A stretch of DNA of 64,000 nucleotides from Takakia lepidozioides (Eukaryota; Plantae; Bryophyta). Under the pieces are notes generated by a model, which saw only the letters and a program-made list of their open reading frames with translations, was not told the origin of the DNA and searched no databases. This document shows, piece by piece, positions 1 to 11,936 of the stretch (position 1 is its first letter; each line of letters starts with the position of its first letter). The DNA is taken from positions 37,510,001-37,574,000 of the forward strand of contig CM060732.1 in NCBI GenBank assembly GCA_030704615.1, in the 5' to 3' direction. Made by a program: the position numbers and the translations under genes.

Positions 1-1205
1 AATATTGGAACCCTAGGGGGAAGGGGTAGGACCGGTTCATTGGGCAAAAAACAAAAATGTTGCAAAAAACTATACACGAAGAAATAAGACCATGACTACA
101 AATAGTAGTACAATAGGTCAAATAAATTGGATTTTGTAGATGAATCACCTAAAGATGTGGTACATTCCATGACAACGCAGACCTAAAATTATGAAATTAA
201 CATGAAACATGAAGAGATGGATAGTCAGTTTCATATCTTCATCGTTGTAGCCGTCATCTTTGGGGCATTTGCACATGCACATGGACAAGAAATACAATAT
301 CGAAGAGATTATTTGAGATTTTTTTGGGTTTAACCACTGATGTGTAGTCTCTTGCTACAAAGGAGAGCCAAACAAAATGACATTGTTCACATATCATTTG
401 TTAAGAATGAAAATGTTATTTAACATATACTTGCAGAGTTCAATGCAACTGCCTCAAAGTTGCCAAACAAGCTACATTATAATTATTTCGTCCCCCACAA
501 TTCGACAAGCTTTTAAATCCTCTTATTCCTGTTGCATTGTATAATCAAAATGTGCACATCTATGTCGATTCAAATATCATCTAGACCAAAGATTCCTTAA
601 TTAATGCTTTATTATATGAATGATATGTTTGCATTCACTAGAAAGAACTATCAACATATGTCAAATCATTTATTGTAATGTAATTTAATGCTAGATTAAT
701 TTTATGGATATGAAAATAAATTTCCATCTAACTTTGAGCTTAAGATTGTCATTTTTAATCTTTAAAATTGAGAAAAAACTGGCAACGGATGCCATAAATA
801 TATCAAAAAGAGAACAAAAGGGAATAAATAACCGCCCAAACGCCGTGAAGGCTTACACATGGCAGACCTCCCCATCAACTGTCCATCGTTGTAAATATAT
901 TAATAGATGGTTCACAATTGAGCATTTGATAAGCTTTGACTATTTTAACACCATAATGCTCTTACAAATTGAGTTATCTAATGCCTTGAATATATGAAAA
1001 AGACTGCAATCCATCCAGGTAGGAAATTTAGCTTTAAGATCCTACCAAGCTAATATTTTTGTGTGTAAAATCATTGTATGGATTAACGTCCAAATAAATT
1101 AAATTATCAACATGTTTTAATGGTAGACGTCCGTAAACTTTTCATCCATGGAATTATAAGGCACACTTGGTAGATTTTGTGCTTTAGCTCATAGATTACA
1201 AAGCA

Positions 1206-3246
1206 TCAATATATGAAGTGAGACGTTTGTTTTGTTTTGTTTTGTTTTGTTTCGTAGCGTTGTTGAGATCTCCCAAACCGCGGGCCTGAGCATGGGTGCT
1301 TGGTGCCATTGGAAAGCCCTCGATGAGAGGGGTGCACTGGTTTGGTCTCATGATTTTTGGACAAGAGGTGAGGGAGATCTGGAATTCCAAGTACTTTGGG
1401 TCGCTGGAAATTCACAAAAAATAGCAAAAATGGCAAAGTGGGAATTCCTGGGACAATGGTTGGAGTCTCGACAGGAGAGATATCAAGGGAAAGGTCTCCG
1501 GTTCAAATCTGGTCGTAGGCTCCGTGGAAAAAAAAAACTTACTTAGATGAGATTGGGCCTCTTGCAAATTCGTGAAAAATAGCAAAGTGGGCATTCCTTG
1601 GAGAATGGTTGGAGCCTTGACGGGAGAGACAACAAGGGAGAGGTCTTCGGTTCAAATCTGGTCATAGGCTATGTGGAAAAAAATGATTAGATATGGCTAA
1701 ATCATTAGACTTAGATGACTTAAATGACAGTGGACACTTGGGCCAACGGCACAGGCTACGCTAGAGGTCGCACTTGGGCCTACCTTAGGAGACGCATTAG
1801 GATATATGTGAGATCTTGCGCTTGGGCTTAGATGACAGTGGGCATTTGGGCAAATGGCACAAGCTACCCTAAATGTCGCATTTGAGCCTCCACATAGGAG
1901 ACACACTTGCATATATAGGGGATAACACTTGGAGATATCAAGGGAAAGGTCTCCGGTTCAAATCTGGTCGTAGGCTCTGTGGAAAAAAAATGATTGGATA
2001 TGGCTTGCTTAATATATTGATGCACTTCGACTTAGATGACACTAGACACACTTGGGCCAACGGCACAGGCTACCCTAGTCAATATATGAAGCGAGACGTT
2101 TGTTTTGTTTTGTAGCGTCGTTGAGATCTCCTAAATCGCGGGGCCTAGCCCCGGTGCTTGGTGCTGTTGGAGAGCCCTCGGTGAGGAGGGGTGCACCGGC
2201 TTGGTCTCATGATTTTTGGACCAGCGGTGTGGGAGATATGGAATTCCAAGTGCTTTGGGTCGCTGGAAATTCAAAAAAAATAGCAAAGTGGGCTTTCCTG
2301 GAGCTATGATTGGCCCATCATGTGGCAGATTTTGGAATTTCAAGTGCTTTTGGTCGCTGGAAATTCATGAAAAATAACAAAAATAGCAAATGGGCATTCC
2401 TGGGACAAGCCTCGGCAAGAGAGATATCAAGGCAAAGGTCTCTGGCTCAAATCTGGTCGTAGGCTTTGTGGGAAAAAAATAGATATGGCTTGCTTCATGC
2501 AAAGTGGGCTTTCCTGGAGCAATGATTGGCCCTTCATGTGGGAGATTTGGAATTTCAAATACTTTTGGTCGCTGGAAATTCGCAAAAGATAGCAAAGTGG
2601 ATATATCAATATATGAAGCCTTGACAGGGGAGATTGCAAAAATAGCAAAGTGGGCAATGACATAGAGTCTTTGGATACATTGGGGATTGCAGTGGACACT
2701 CGAGGTCACATTTGGGCCTCTACATGGGAAATATGGATACATAAATAGAAGCTTGCACTTGGGCTTAGATTTCAATTTTTCACACATGGGCCAACGGCAT
2801 AGGCTACACTAGATGTTGCACTTGGGCCATCTACACAGGAGATGCACTTGTATACATAAAAGATTGCACACTGGGCTTAGATGGCCTCGACATAGGAGAC
2901 GCACATGGGAGATGTCATTGGATACATAGGAGACGCACTTGGATACATAGGGGATTGCACTTGGGCTTAAATGACAGTGGACACTTGGGCCTCTACCCGG
3001 GAGATGCATGGATACATAAAAGATTGCACTTGGGCTTAGATGGGCCTCGACATAGGAGACGCACAAGGATACATAGGAAATTGCACTTGGTCTTAGATTT
3101 CAATTATTCATACGTGGGCCAACGGCACAAGCTACCGTAGAAGTCGACTTGGGCCTCGACATAGGAGACGCACTTGGATACATGGGAGGTTGCACATGGG
3201 CTTAGATGACCTTGGACACTTGCGCCAACGGCAAAGGTTACCCTAG
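1206..3246 (+). mobile_element. Tandem dimer of a non-autonomous Helitron (units 1206-2078 and 2079-3246)
   Basis: The 5' end is A|TCAATATATGAAG (1206). The 3' end is an imperfect hairpin (TG[G/C]GCC-AAC-GGCA[C/A]A), then GG[C/T]TACC-CTAG|T at 3243-3247. There is no TSD and the target is A|T. An internal CTAG|TC junction lies at 2078/2079. The body is built from reiterated subrepeats, with extra 3'-end-like motifs at ~1738, 1845, 2787 and 3115. Confidence 0.75.
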
Positions 3247-4440
3247 TGTGTATGACATTTGAGCGCACATTTGTTCGCCGAAGACACTGACATTAGTATA
3301 AAATCTTATTTTTTACAAAAAAATATGATGAGATACATGCTTAGAATTTGAAAAGAATATTTGAATTGTGCTCACTGCTCGCATAAAGCATTACGCTCAT
3401 TTGTAAACACCACTAGATTTTTTTTGGGGTTGTTAACGATGTTAATTTGATGGCTCAGGCATTGCTAATGGCAATGATAGCGCCCCACTTAAGTAAAAAA
3501 AAATCATGTGTGTAGCTTCAGCGTCATTATGAAACTGTCATTTGTTTAAAGACTTAAAAAATGTTTGGGGTCGCTTAACTAAATGCTATGAAGCAATACC
3601 CTAGACGTCAATTTTTTAAAAGCGACATATAATATATATTAAATAAACAATCGGGAATTAAAAACATGACATCAGCTACATTATGAAGAAAATGACATTT
3701 TTTATTTTAATAAAAACTTAACAAGATTAATAGAAAATTCAAACAAATTGTGGGATTGTAGTGGACGCATGACTGCAACGTGGCAGCTCCCAATTGATCT
3801 TGGACCTAACACCTGAGCATACGAGAATATTTGAATGAACGCACGAGGTGACATGTGGCAAGTTCCCGAATTCCTCCAATATATTGATAGAGAGTACATA
3901 GTTGAACTCCATACATCTACATTATATGTCATGAATTAGAAATGTAAGCACAACATTGATGCTTTCAATATATTGATGAAAACCCATAGTTTTGTAACAA
4001 TAAATGTGAAAGTATACCGGATATTAGAAATAAATCATGTTACCAGTCACATTTCTCAATAATGAATAATCCATGATAGTTTTCTTTTTGTACCTGATGT
4101 ATTATTTTATGTAAACTTAACAATATTTGTAAATGACATTAAGATGTATCAATCACAATCAGACGGATCAAAATACTATAGGTCTGGTAGTGCTCAATAA
4201 ATAGACCACTTGTATTCAATTTTCAGTAACTGACAATTAGAGACAACCATTGGATTTAAAAAAAAAACCATAGTCGAAATTAAAGCCATATAATTTTTTG
4301 AATGAGAGATATCCGGGGCATGCTTTAAATATGCATGTGATTATATATATATATACATATGAAAAACCATTGAGGGAAAACACTGGAACTGAATTAAAAA
4401 AAGATCGTTACTTTTAGTCATGGTTAGCTAGAATGACTTA

Positions 4441-7126
4441 GGCCCCGGCCGCACTAGTGGCTAACTAGCCACTGCTAGCCACTGTTAGTTTGTTAAGCAG
4501 TGGTTAGTTAGTTGGGGATAATGTGCCGCCGCACTTATGGCTAAAAGTTGGCAGTTGCTAACGAATGTTATCCCGTGAGCTGCCTGCCAAGCGCCGCTGG
4601 AGCTGCCCGTCGAGGCAGCGAGGACGCCATAGCTACGAAGCTCGAACTACTTCCTATGTTCACACATGTGGATGTGTGGGCTCCACCTAACACCCTTACA
4701 AAGCTCATGAGATCACAGTTCCCGGAAGCCACTCCATCCAGGCTTTGGGGACAAGCTCAAGAATGTGAACAAGTATACTATTTCGGAATACAGATTGAAT
4801 AGTCAAGTTTGGAGACAATGAGGACGAGTCCTAGAAGGATATCTTCTGAGATGAACTTGGTGGCGGTGTGGCAATCAACACATGTCACACAAAGGTTGAA
4901 CTGTCCAAAAGCAACTGCCAGCTTCTCACTGCAGTGGTGGTAAAGAGAAAATTCCTTTCAAGCTCCTCCTCCATATCATGCAACAAAAAGCGGCTGTCAG
5001 GCACGTCATACCCAACCTAGACTTTCATCTACCCTTCAGCATAACATGCATAACCTCAGTTTGTCTTCTACAACAAATGTCTGCACCTGGTTGTCCACCA
5101 CAATGCAGCTGCGCCCTTGCCTCCTTTCTGACCCCGCCCTCTGTCATGCATCATATTGCTCTTTCAGCATGTTCAGCGAGTGTGCTAAATTGGGGAATAA
5201 TTAAAACATCCATTTCGGTGAGCGGGGTTCAGTGTTTGCAGGCTTGAGAATGGGACGTAGCAACTTGTGATGGCCCTCACTGGCGTTGATGCCAATCTTG
5301 CCAGACTTGTTATGTATGTCGTGTCCTTGCTTCTATATATGCCAGACTTACAGTTATATATGTCTTGTCCTACCTCAAGTTGTAGACTACCTCAAGTGGG
5401 CAGTTTCTTGCACAAGACAACCTGAGCTAGTTTTGGAAACTCACATAAATATATGCGCAAATGATATTGGCCTGAACGTTTCATCAAATGGCTACACTTT
5501 CTAGACTCAAAGGCCACTTAAGAAAGAAAAGACTTCAAATTGGATTTTTCTTCGAGATTTTGATATCGTTCAGGAAAATGATTTGATCTTTGGGAGGGGG
5601 AAGCCAGCTATTAGGTGCCTAACTCCTACTGAGTCAAACTCAGTCAAAACTCAGTCAAACTACTTTGTGAGTAGCTGTCAACAAGGGGGCAGTAAGTCTG
5701 ACTAGAACCGATTGAACGAAGAGGCGGTTTGCAAGACAAGATAATGTGATTTTGGGGCTGTTGGTGAAGACAAAAAGATAGTCCTGATCTAGTCGGATGG
5801 CCAGGCCTGACTAAAATGATGTTCACCTAGGAGAGTCAGTGATATGGATGTTGGGGTGCTTGGGTGGTCAGTGGATCTCTGCCCGGAAGTGTGTATCAGA
5901 CTGTAGAACTTACAACAGTGTATATAGTAAGTTGGTCTCACTTTTTGCTTTTTCCAAGGTCCTTAAAATTTAGAGAATTAGAGATTTAGAGATTTGACAT
6001 AATGTCTCAGTTTGTAAGGTGTATTATAACATTTGCTAGCATGATACGGTACAGAGCTGCCGCCCTACATCTCCTCGAGGCGATTGAAACTGTATAGATA
6101 ATGAGCTGTTCAAAGTCAATGATATATTGTAATGTACACTCGTCTCTGATCCAGAAGTTGCAACTGCTCGCGTAGTGCATAACAGCGCAAAGAATGAATC
6201 AATTGATCAAGACTCTAAATATAAATTTACAATCTTGAACTACTGTTTTCTAATCTGGTTTGGACAATTTGGGTCACGCGAGAAATTTTGCCAACTCTAG
6301 CACTTGTCATGTGTCTTCCACATTTACCAAAAGTATTTGATCTATGGCACGTCCTAGCACCCTTCTGGTGGAACAACGGCCCATCCTCACGTTGGCTAAC
6401 AACATTGAATGGAGTTGTGTGTACCCGACACAATTGCGGTACATCTTGAAGATCATGCCAATCTGACCTGTATGACTGGAGAAAGTGATGGCGAATGTAG
6501 CAAGTATGCTACATCATTGCCCATTTCATCAAGTACCATTTCATTTTGACTTGCCCACCCAATGTTTATTTCTATGTCTGACTTGTTGATCTTGTCTGTT
6601 GTTATTCACCCACTTCTGTAGTCGGGAGGAATGTCAGGCTGTGCGAGGTCCACTTTGGGAGTTGAACGGAGGGCCTTACTTTCTCCGGAAATTTTTCTAG
6701 TCCATTGGGAGTCAATGGAAGAGAGAATGCATTATCGATGGTCTCAAGCCTGGCAGACTTTTCCTCTCCGCTCGCCGTTTCCAGCATTGCTATGAGGTTC
6801 TTCCAAAGAGAGCGCTTGTCTGAGCGTGTCCATGACTGATTGCAATATGATCGTGAGCAAGGAAGCAAGGTGACGGTGGCTTCCGGTCTGCGAGAAGACG
6901 GGGGCGCAAGGAAGGAGGTAGAACGGGGAACGATGGAATTCTCCATACGCTGCCCTGCGTGGTTAAAGTTAGTACATGGGGGTGGATATGGGTTATCTCG
7001 TCGGAAAAATACTAGGGGATAATTAGTGACGATTAGCATTGATTAACTTTAACAGTGGCTAAATGACGTAATGCGGCAACTACATAAAACTTAGCCATGG
7101 CTGAATTGCCCAGTGTGGCCAGGGCC
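4441..7126. mobile_element. PIF/Harbinger-type DNA transposon, non-autonomous or decayed
   Basis: TTA flanks both ends (4438-4440 and 7127-7129). The TIRs are GGCCCCGGCCGCACT and, as reverse complement of the right end, GGCCCTGGCCACACT (13/15 match). No intact transposase ORF was recognised inside. Confidence 0.7.
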
Positions 7127-8168
7127 TTACTTATTCATATTAGTATTTTGTGTGTTGGAACTTTATTTGGTCCCATATCCAAGTGAAGTGTCAAGCCTCA
7201 CTTGGAACGTGAGGATGGTTTTCCCCTTGTGAGGATTGAGGAGGCTCATCTTCTTGTAGTTGAGCCTCCAGAAGTCTCTCTCATTCTCCCGCTTACACCA
7301 ATTTTTCTATGAGTGCTACAGAGGTAGAGCGCTGTGACAAGTCTAGACACCACAGAAAACTTCAGGTGTATCCATGAAACAAATTAAGCATGTGCAGCTC
7401 CATGCTAGTAGTGTATAGGTCCACCTTCCAGGCGATATATCCCATATGAAAAATGCAAAACTGCAATCATAATTTAAGCAATGTACAATGGACTTCAGAG
7501 CATCTGCTTAACACATCAAACAAGCATGCAACATGACAAAGTCAATGTCCACTAGTATAATCATATGACAATATAACGGACTGATAGAAAACAAATTGTT
7601 TTGAAGTGCAGAGTGATAATTTTGGATTATCACTCTTAGTAGATGATAAAACAATATAAAAATATGTAACTTCAGGAATCTGAAGGGATCTGAGATCTGA
7701 TAAATGCTTGAGGTTGTGGAAAGTGGGAACATGGATACTAATGCACCAGCCCATACTCGTGTTTTGGTGAGCAAAGAAATTAGTCTTGGGATTAAATCTC
7801 CAAAAGAACGACAACGCATCTATCAATTAACTTAAATGTTGAAGATAACTAATTCAAGAGAGAAAGACAAGATATAAGCTTTTGAATTTATGCTTAAAAT
7901 TGAATATGATTGCGATGAAAATATGTATAATATATATAATTAAGGGAATTTGATAAAGACTTTACCAATGGAGGTGCATTCATTGACGATTGCAGGTTCT
8001 ATGTGGGGAAGTTATAACATAGACTTACTATTAATTGACAGTGATTTGTGGTCTCTTCTTTAGAGATGAGCCAACAAATGGCTAGTGGTGGCTCATCCTT
8101 GTGAAAGTGAAATCTATTCTCATTTATAATAAACTTGAAAATTCATCCATCTAGTTCAATCACATAGA

Positions 8169-9655
8169 CTAGGGTAGCCTGTGCCGTTGGCCCAAGTGTC
8201 CAGTGTCATCTAAGTCCAAGATGTACAATCCTTTCTGCAAATGCGTCTCCTATATCGAGGCCCATGTGTGGTAAAACCATTTTTTTTTTCCCCATGAATT
8301 TGTTGAGTAGTAATATATCCAATCTCATGTCGTGGTTTTATATATTGATATATCCAATCATTTTTCCAAGAAACTTGCCCACTTTGAGACTTTTCCGCGA
8401 CTAAAAGTACTTGAAATTCCACCCATAACGCAAGCCCAAAATCATGAGACCAAGTCGGTGCACCCCTCCTCATCGAAGACTTCCAACGGTATTAAAATCG
8501 CGGTTTGGGAGATCTCAACGACACAACAAACAATATTGTGAACGCCAATATTTAAAAAAGCCCAATTTACATTTATGTCCACGTGCACAAAAGACAAATG
8601 AAGGGCCAATCGTTGAAGTCCGATTGCAATCCCCTATGCATCTAGGGACCTGCAGTTTGGAGAATCTCCACGTCATTGTTCCAACAAAGCCAACTTTGCT
8701 ATTTTTGCAATCTCCCTTGTTGAGGCTTCATATATTGATATATCCACTTCGCTATTTTTTGCAAATTTCGAGCGACCAAAAATACTTGAAATTCCAAATC
8801 TCCCACATGAAAGGCCAATCATTGATGTAGGAAAGCCCACTTTGCCATTTTTCACGAATTTCCCGCGACCAAAAGTACTTGAAATTCCACATCTCCCACA
8901 CCGTAGGTCCGAAAATCATGAGACCAAGCAGGTGCACCCCTCTTCATCGAAGGCTTTCCAATGGCACCAAGCACCCGGGCTGGGGCTACAAAACAAAACA
9001 AACAAACTCCCTCGCTTCATATATTGACTATGGTAGCCTATTCCGTCGGCCCAAGTGTCCAGTGTCATTAAATCCAAGTGCAAATCTCTATGTATCCAAG
9101 TGCGACTCTTATGTGGAGGCCCAAATGCAACCTCTAGGGTAGTCTATGCCGTTGGCCCAAGTGTCTAGTGTTATCTAAGCCCAAGTGTAAGATCTTCTAT
9201 GTATCCCAGTCCTCCAGTGTCTAATGTCATCCAAGTCCAAGTGCAATCCCCTATGCATCCAGCTGAGACCCTGCAGTTTGGGAGATCTGCACGTCATTGT
9301 TCCAACAAAGCCCACTTTGCTATTTTTGCAATCTCCCTTGTCAAGGCTTCATATATTGATATATCCACTTTGCTATTTTTCGTGAATTTCGAGCGACCAA
9401 AAGTACTTGAAATTCCAAATCTCTCACATGAAGGGCCAGTCATTGCTCCAGGAAAGCCCACTTTGCTATTTTTCCCAAATTTCCAAAGACCAAAAGTACT
9501 TAAAATTCCATATCTCCCACACTGCGGGTCCAAAAATCATGAGACCAAGCCCGTGCACCCCTCCTCATCGAGGGCTTTCAAACGGCACAAAGTACTGGGG
9601 CTGGGCCCGCGGTTTGGGAGATCTCAACGACCCTTCAAAACAAAACAAACAAACA
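8169..9655 (-). mobile_element. Second array of the same Helitron family, opposite orientation, 5'-truncated
   Basis: The segment is the reverse complement of the 1206-3246 subrepeats. The minus-strand 3' end with hairpin and CTAG|T is at 8172-8168. An internal ATAG|TCAATATATGAAG junction lies at 9028/9027. Confidence 0.7.
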
Positions 9656-9815
9656 AGCCTCAAACGACAATTGGTTATCTTGCTTTGCAACATAATAGGA
9701 AGGTAAGACTAGGGAGCATGACTCAGCACAACACACCAATCAGCACCTTGACACGGTGTAAGGTACTTTGACCACATTTTCTCCATTGACTTGGACTCTA
9801 AAAGAGAGCCAACAA
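9652..9815 (+). repeat. Dispersed repeat, paralogous to 40063-40103 plus 40508-40635
   Basis: Both loci share AAACAAGCCTCAAACGACAATTGG, AAGACTAGGGAGCATGACTCAGCACAACACACCAATCAGC and TTTGACCACATTTTCTCCAT. Confidence 0.85.
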
Positions 9816-10319
9816 GCAAAGAGGCTTGCTGCATATATTGATATTAGGCACATCATGGAAAGGAGAGGAGGTGACGTGTAGGGAATGCAAGGGGCTCAAC
9901 AATTTTTGATACTGATGCGTAGTCTCCCCTTAAGAATAAAGAAGAGCCGTTAGAATTTGTCAGTTTTTTGAGTGACCTCTTAGAGTCGTTTTTTAAAATT
10001 AATTTCTAAAATTTTTGAAGTTTTGAAAAAATCATCAAATTTTCAGAGCGATCATAGGGAGTCCATTTGTTTTTGATTTTTTGGGATCTCAAAAATTTAT
10101 AGCTTTTTACAAAGGATCCCATGGGGATCGATTTCATTTTATATCCTTTCTTTGGTTTTTTTTTGTTTTTGATTTTTGGAAAATCCTTTTTTTTTTGCTT
10201 CTAGGGTTAGTGCTATTTTTGACCGACGGCAAGTGGGTCGACACCTACCGTAATTGAGCCCATGCATTTGCTCAACCTTCTCTCAACCACACATTGAGTA
10301 ACCAATTGACATAATTATC

Positions 10320-10440
10320 CCCTTTTATATAATCTAGGTTGACCGTAATGGGTGACATAAATATACACATATGTGGCTTTGAACCCACGACCATTTGTAA
10401 GACGACATTAATGTGCCCCCTAACTGCTATAAGGCTATAT
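10320..10440 (-). mobile_element. tRNA-derived SINE-like repeat, with a second copy at ~24743-24855
   Basis: The minus strand has a degenerate B box (GGTTCAAAGCC) downstream of an A-box-like TAGCCTTATAGCAG. It aligns by eye with 24743-24855 (TAATGGG..AATATACAC..ATGTGG.TTT.AA.CCA.GACCA). Confidence 0.5.
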
Positions 10441-10467
10441 GTTGGATGTTGTCTTTTGACAACAGCT

Positions 10468-11000
10468 AATTTGCCTAGGAAGAAAGATGGAGGTTTAGGA
10501 ATGCGAGACCTTGAATCGCACATTAAAGCCCTTCTTTGGCATATGGATTCCTAGAGCCATCTTGCCATTGTTAGGGCTTTGGGGGGTGCTCTTACAATAT
10601 TGGTTCGACCTTCCCATCCTCTTCTTCAGAGTTCCCTCTCTAAGATGATCTATTCAAGGCAATTCCTCATTCCAACCAAAATGTCATTTTATCTCCACTC
10701 AGGCCGACCATCTAGTTAGCATGGCTTGCTCTACGAAATAATCTCACTCAAATCGATCCGGTTTCCACAGATAAAATTCTCAGACAATCTGTGTTCGGTA
10801 CCATGCACAAATGCATGGTTGGGCTAGGTGGGCCTTTCACATTTCCTCTATTCGAACCATGAGCGAATGCCCTGTGTGGCATCTTTGAGGTCTTCCTTTT
10901 GGCAATTTTAGAAATACTAATATGCTTGACACGATCCAAACTCTCATGAGTTTGATGAAGATATCAATTGGAGGCACTGTAAAAATCTCGAAACATCTAG
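10468..11000 (+). mobile_element. L1-clade LINE ORF2 remnant
   Basis: LPRKKDGGLGMRDLESHIKALL matches the plant L1 post-RT motif PKxxGGLGxRDLxxxNxALL. Downstream sequence is frameshifted, so the right boundary is approximate. Confidence 0.6.
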
Positions 11001-11560
11001 ATCAAAGCGCATCTCAACTTTGAGACTCTCGCGTAGCAAACATTGAGTATTTGTGTAATCCTTGTAGTGTTTTTCAGCATGTGTTCAATGTATTTTCGAT
11101 GGTCTTGTTCTCTCTTGTTCCCCTCGCCTGGCAGTTCTCTATTTGCTGCCCAAGCTGTTTGGGACTGATCTTTGTGTGCCCTTGGGGCTATTGCTTCTTT
11201 ATTGCCTCAACCCCACTGCCTTCGTGGCTCCTTGAGGTTATATTTCCTTGCTTAACAATGCATGTTGAGGTCTTCCTCCCCCAAACATGAAAGAAAATAG
11301 AGTAAAACACTCAAATGGTTGTTCAGTTCTAAATTCAAGTATGTTATTACTCCCTTACTCCCTAAAAGACAACGCAAAAGAACCCAAGTTAGTTTGAAGA
11401 ATATGAAGAATTTCAAATTTCAATCAATTGAAAGGTGACAGTCTCGGGTAGTGAGAGCTGCGGGACCGTCTCTCTCTCTTCACTGAGTTGCCTCGGCGGT
11501 CTAGATGGCCACAGCCTCGAGGGCTGCGGCCGTGGGCTCGGGCGGGGAGGTATTAATGAG

Positions 11561-11566
11561 TATAAA
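11561..11566 (+). promoter_or_regulatory. Candidate TATA box of the anthranilate synthase gene
   Basis: TATAAA follows a GC-rich stretch. A putative 5'UTR follows, with donor sites (GTAAGC ~11648, GTGAGC 11707) and an acceptor CAG directly before the ATG at 11937. Confidence 0.35.
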
Positions 11567-11936
11567 GCATATGTAGCTATGGGGCATTTCATCTTGTCTT
11601 GCCGTGAATTCTGAAATGCCCTCTTCGTTCTCTCCGGCTCCTACTCTGTAAGCATTCCTGTTTGCCTTCCTGTTTGTTGGTTTCCCTGATCAGCTTCCTC
11701 TTACAGGTGAGCTTTCAATTTTAGTTGGGGTTGGTTGCCTTCTACTAGTCTACCAATCTAGGCGGAATTGTTTGCCGTAGATCTCTATTACATCTTATGT
11801 ATTCTGACCCTGCTTGATCGTTGAATGCACACTGCAATTGGGCTGAAGTGGGCTGAAGTCATTCGAAGCCTTTGGTGGACGCGTGCGGCTGCCAATCCTA
11901 TTTTCTACTCAATTCGCGTATTTTCGTTCTGAGCAG

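Noticed and set aside
1196-3140. Many 60-140 aa ORFs in the repeat arrays (also 8210-9771)
   Set aside because: They are translations of Helitron subrepeats on both strands with no protein motifs.
1206-9655. The two inverted arrays as TIRs of one giant foldback transposon, or as a CRISPR-like array
   Set aside because: Each array has its own Helitron-type termini. There is no shared TSD, no constant repeat-spacer periodicity and no cas genes, and the context is eukaryotic.
9891-10261. Possible MITE with GGGCTCAA/TTGAGCCC ends
   Set aside because: The inverted match is only 8 bp and no TSD is evident.
10365-10440. tRNA gene (also ~24790-24855 and ~49040-49105)
   Set aside because: Only degenerate A/B boxes are present and no cloverleaf can be drawn, so they are treated as SINE-like.
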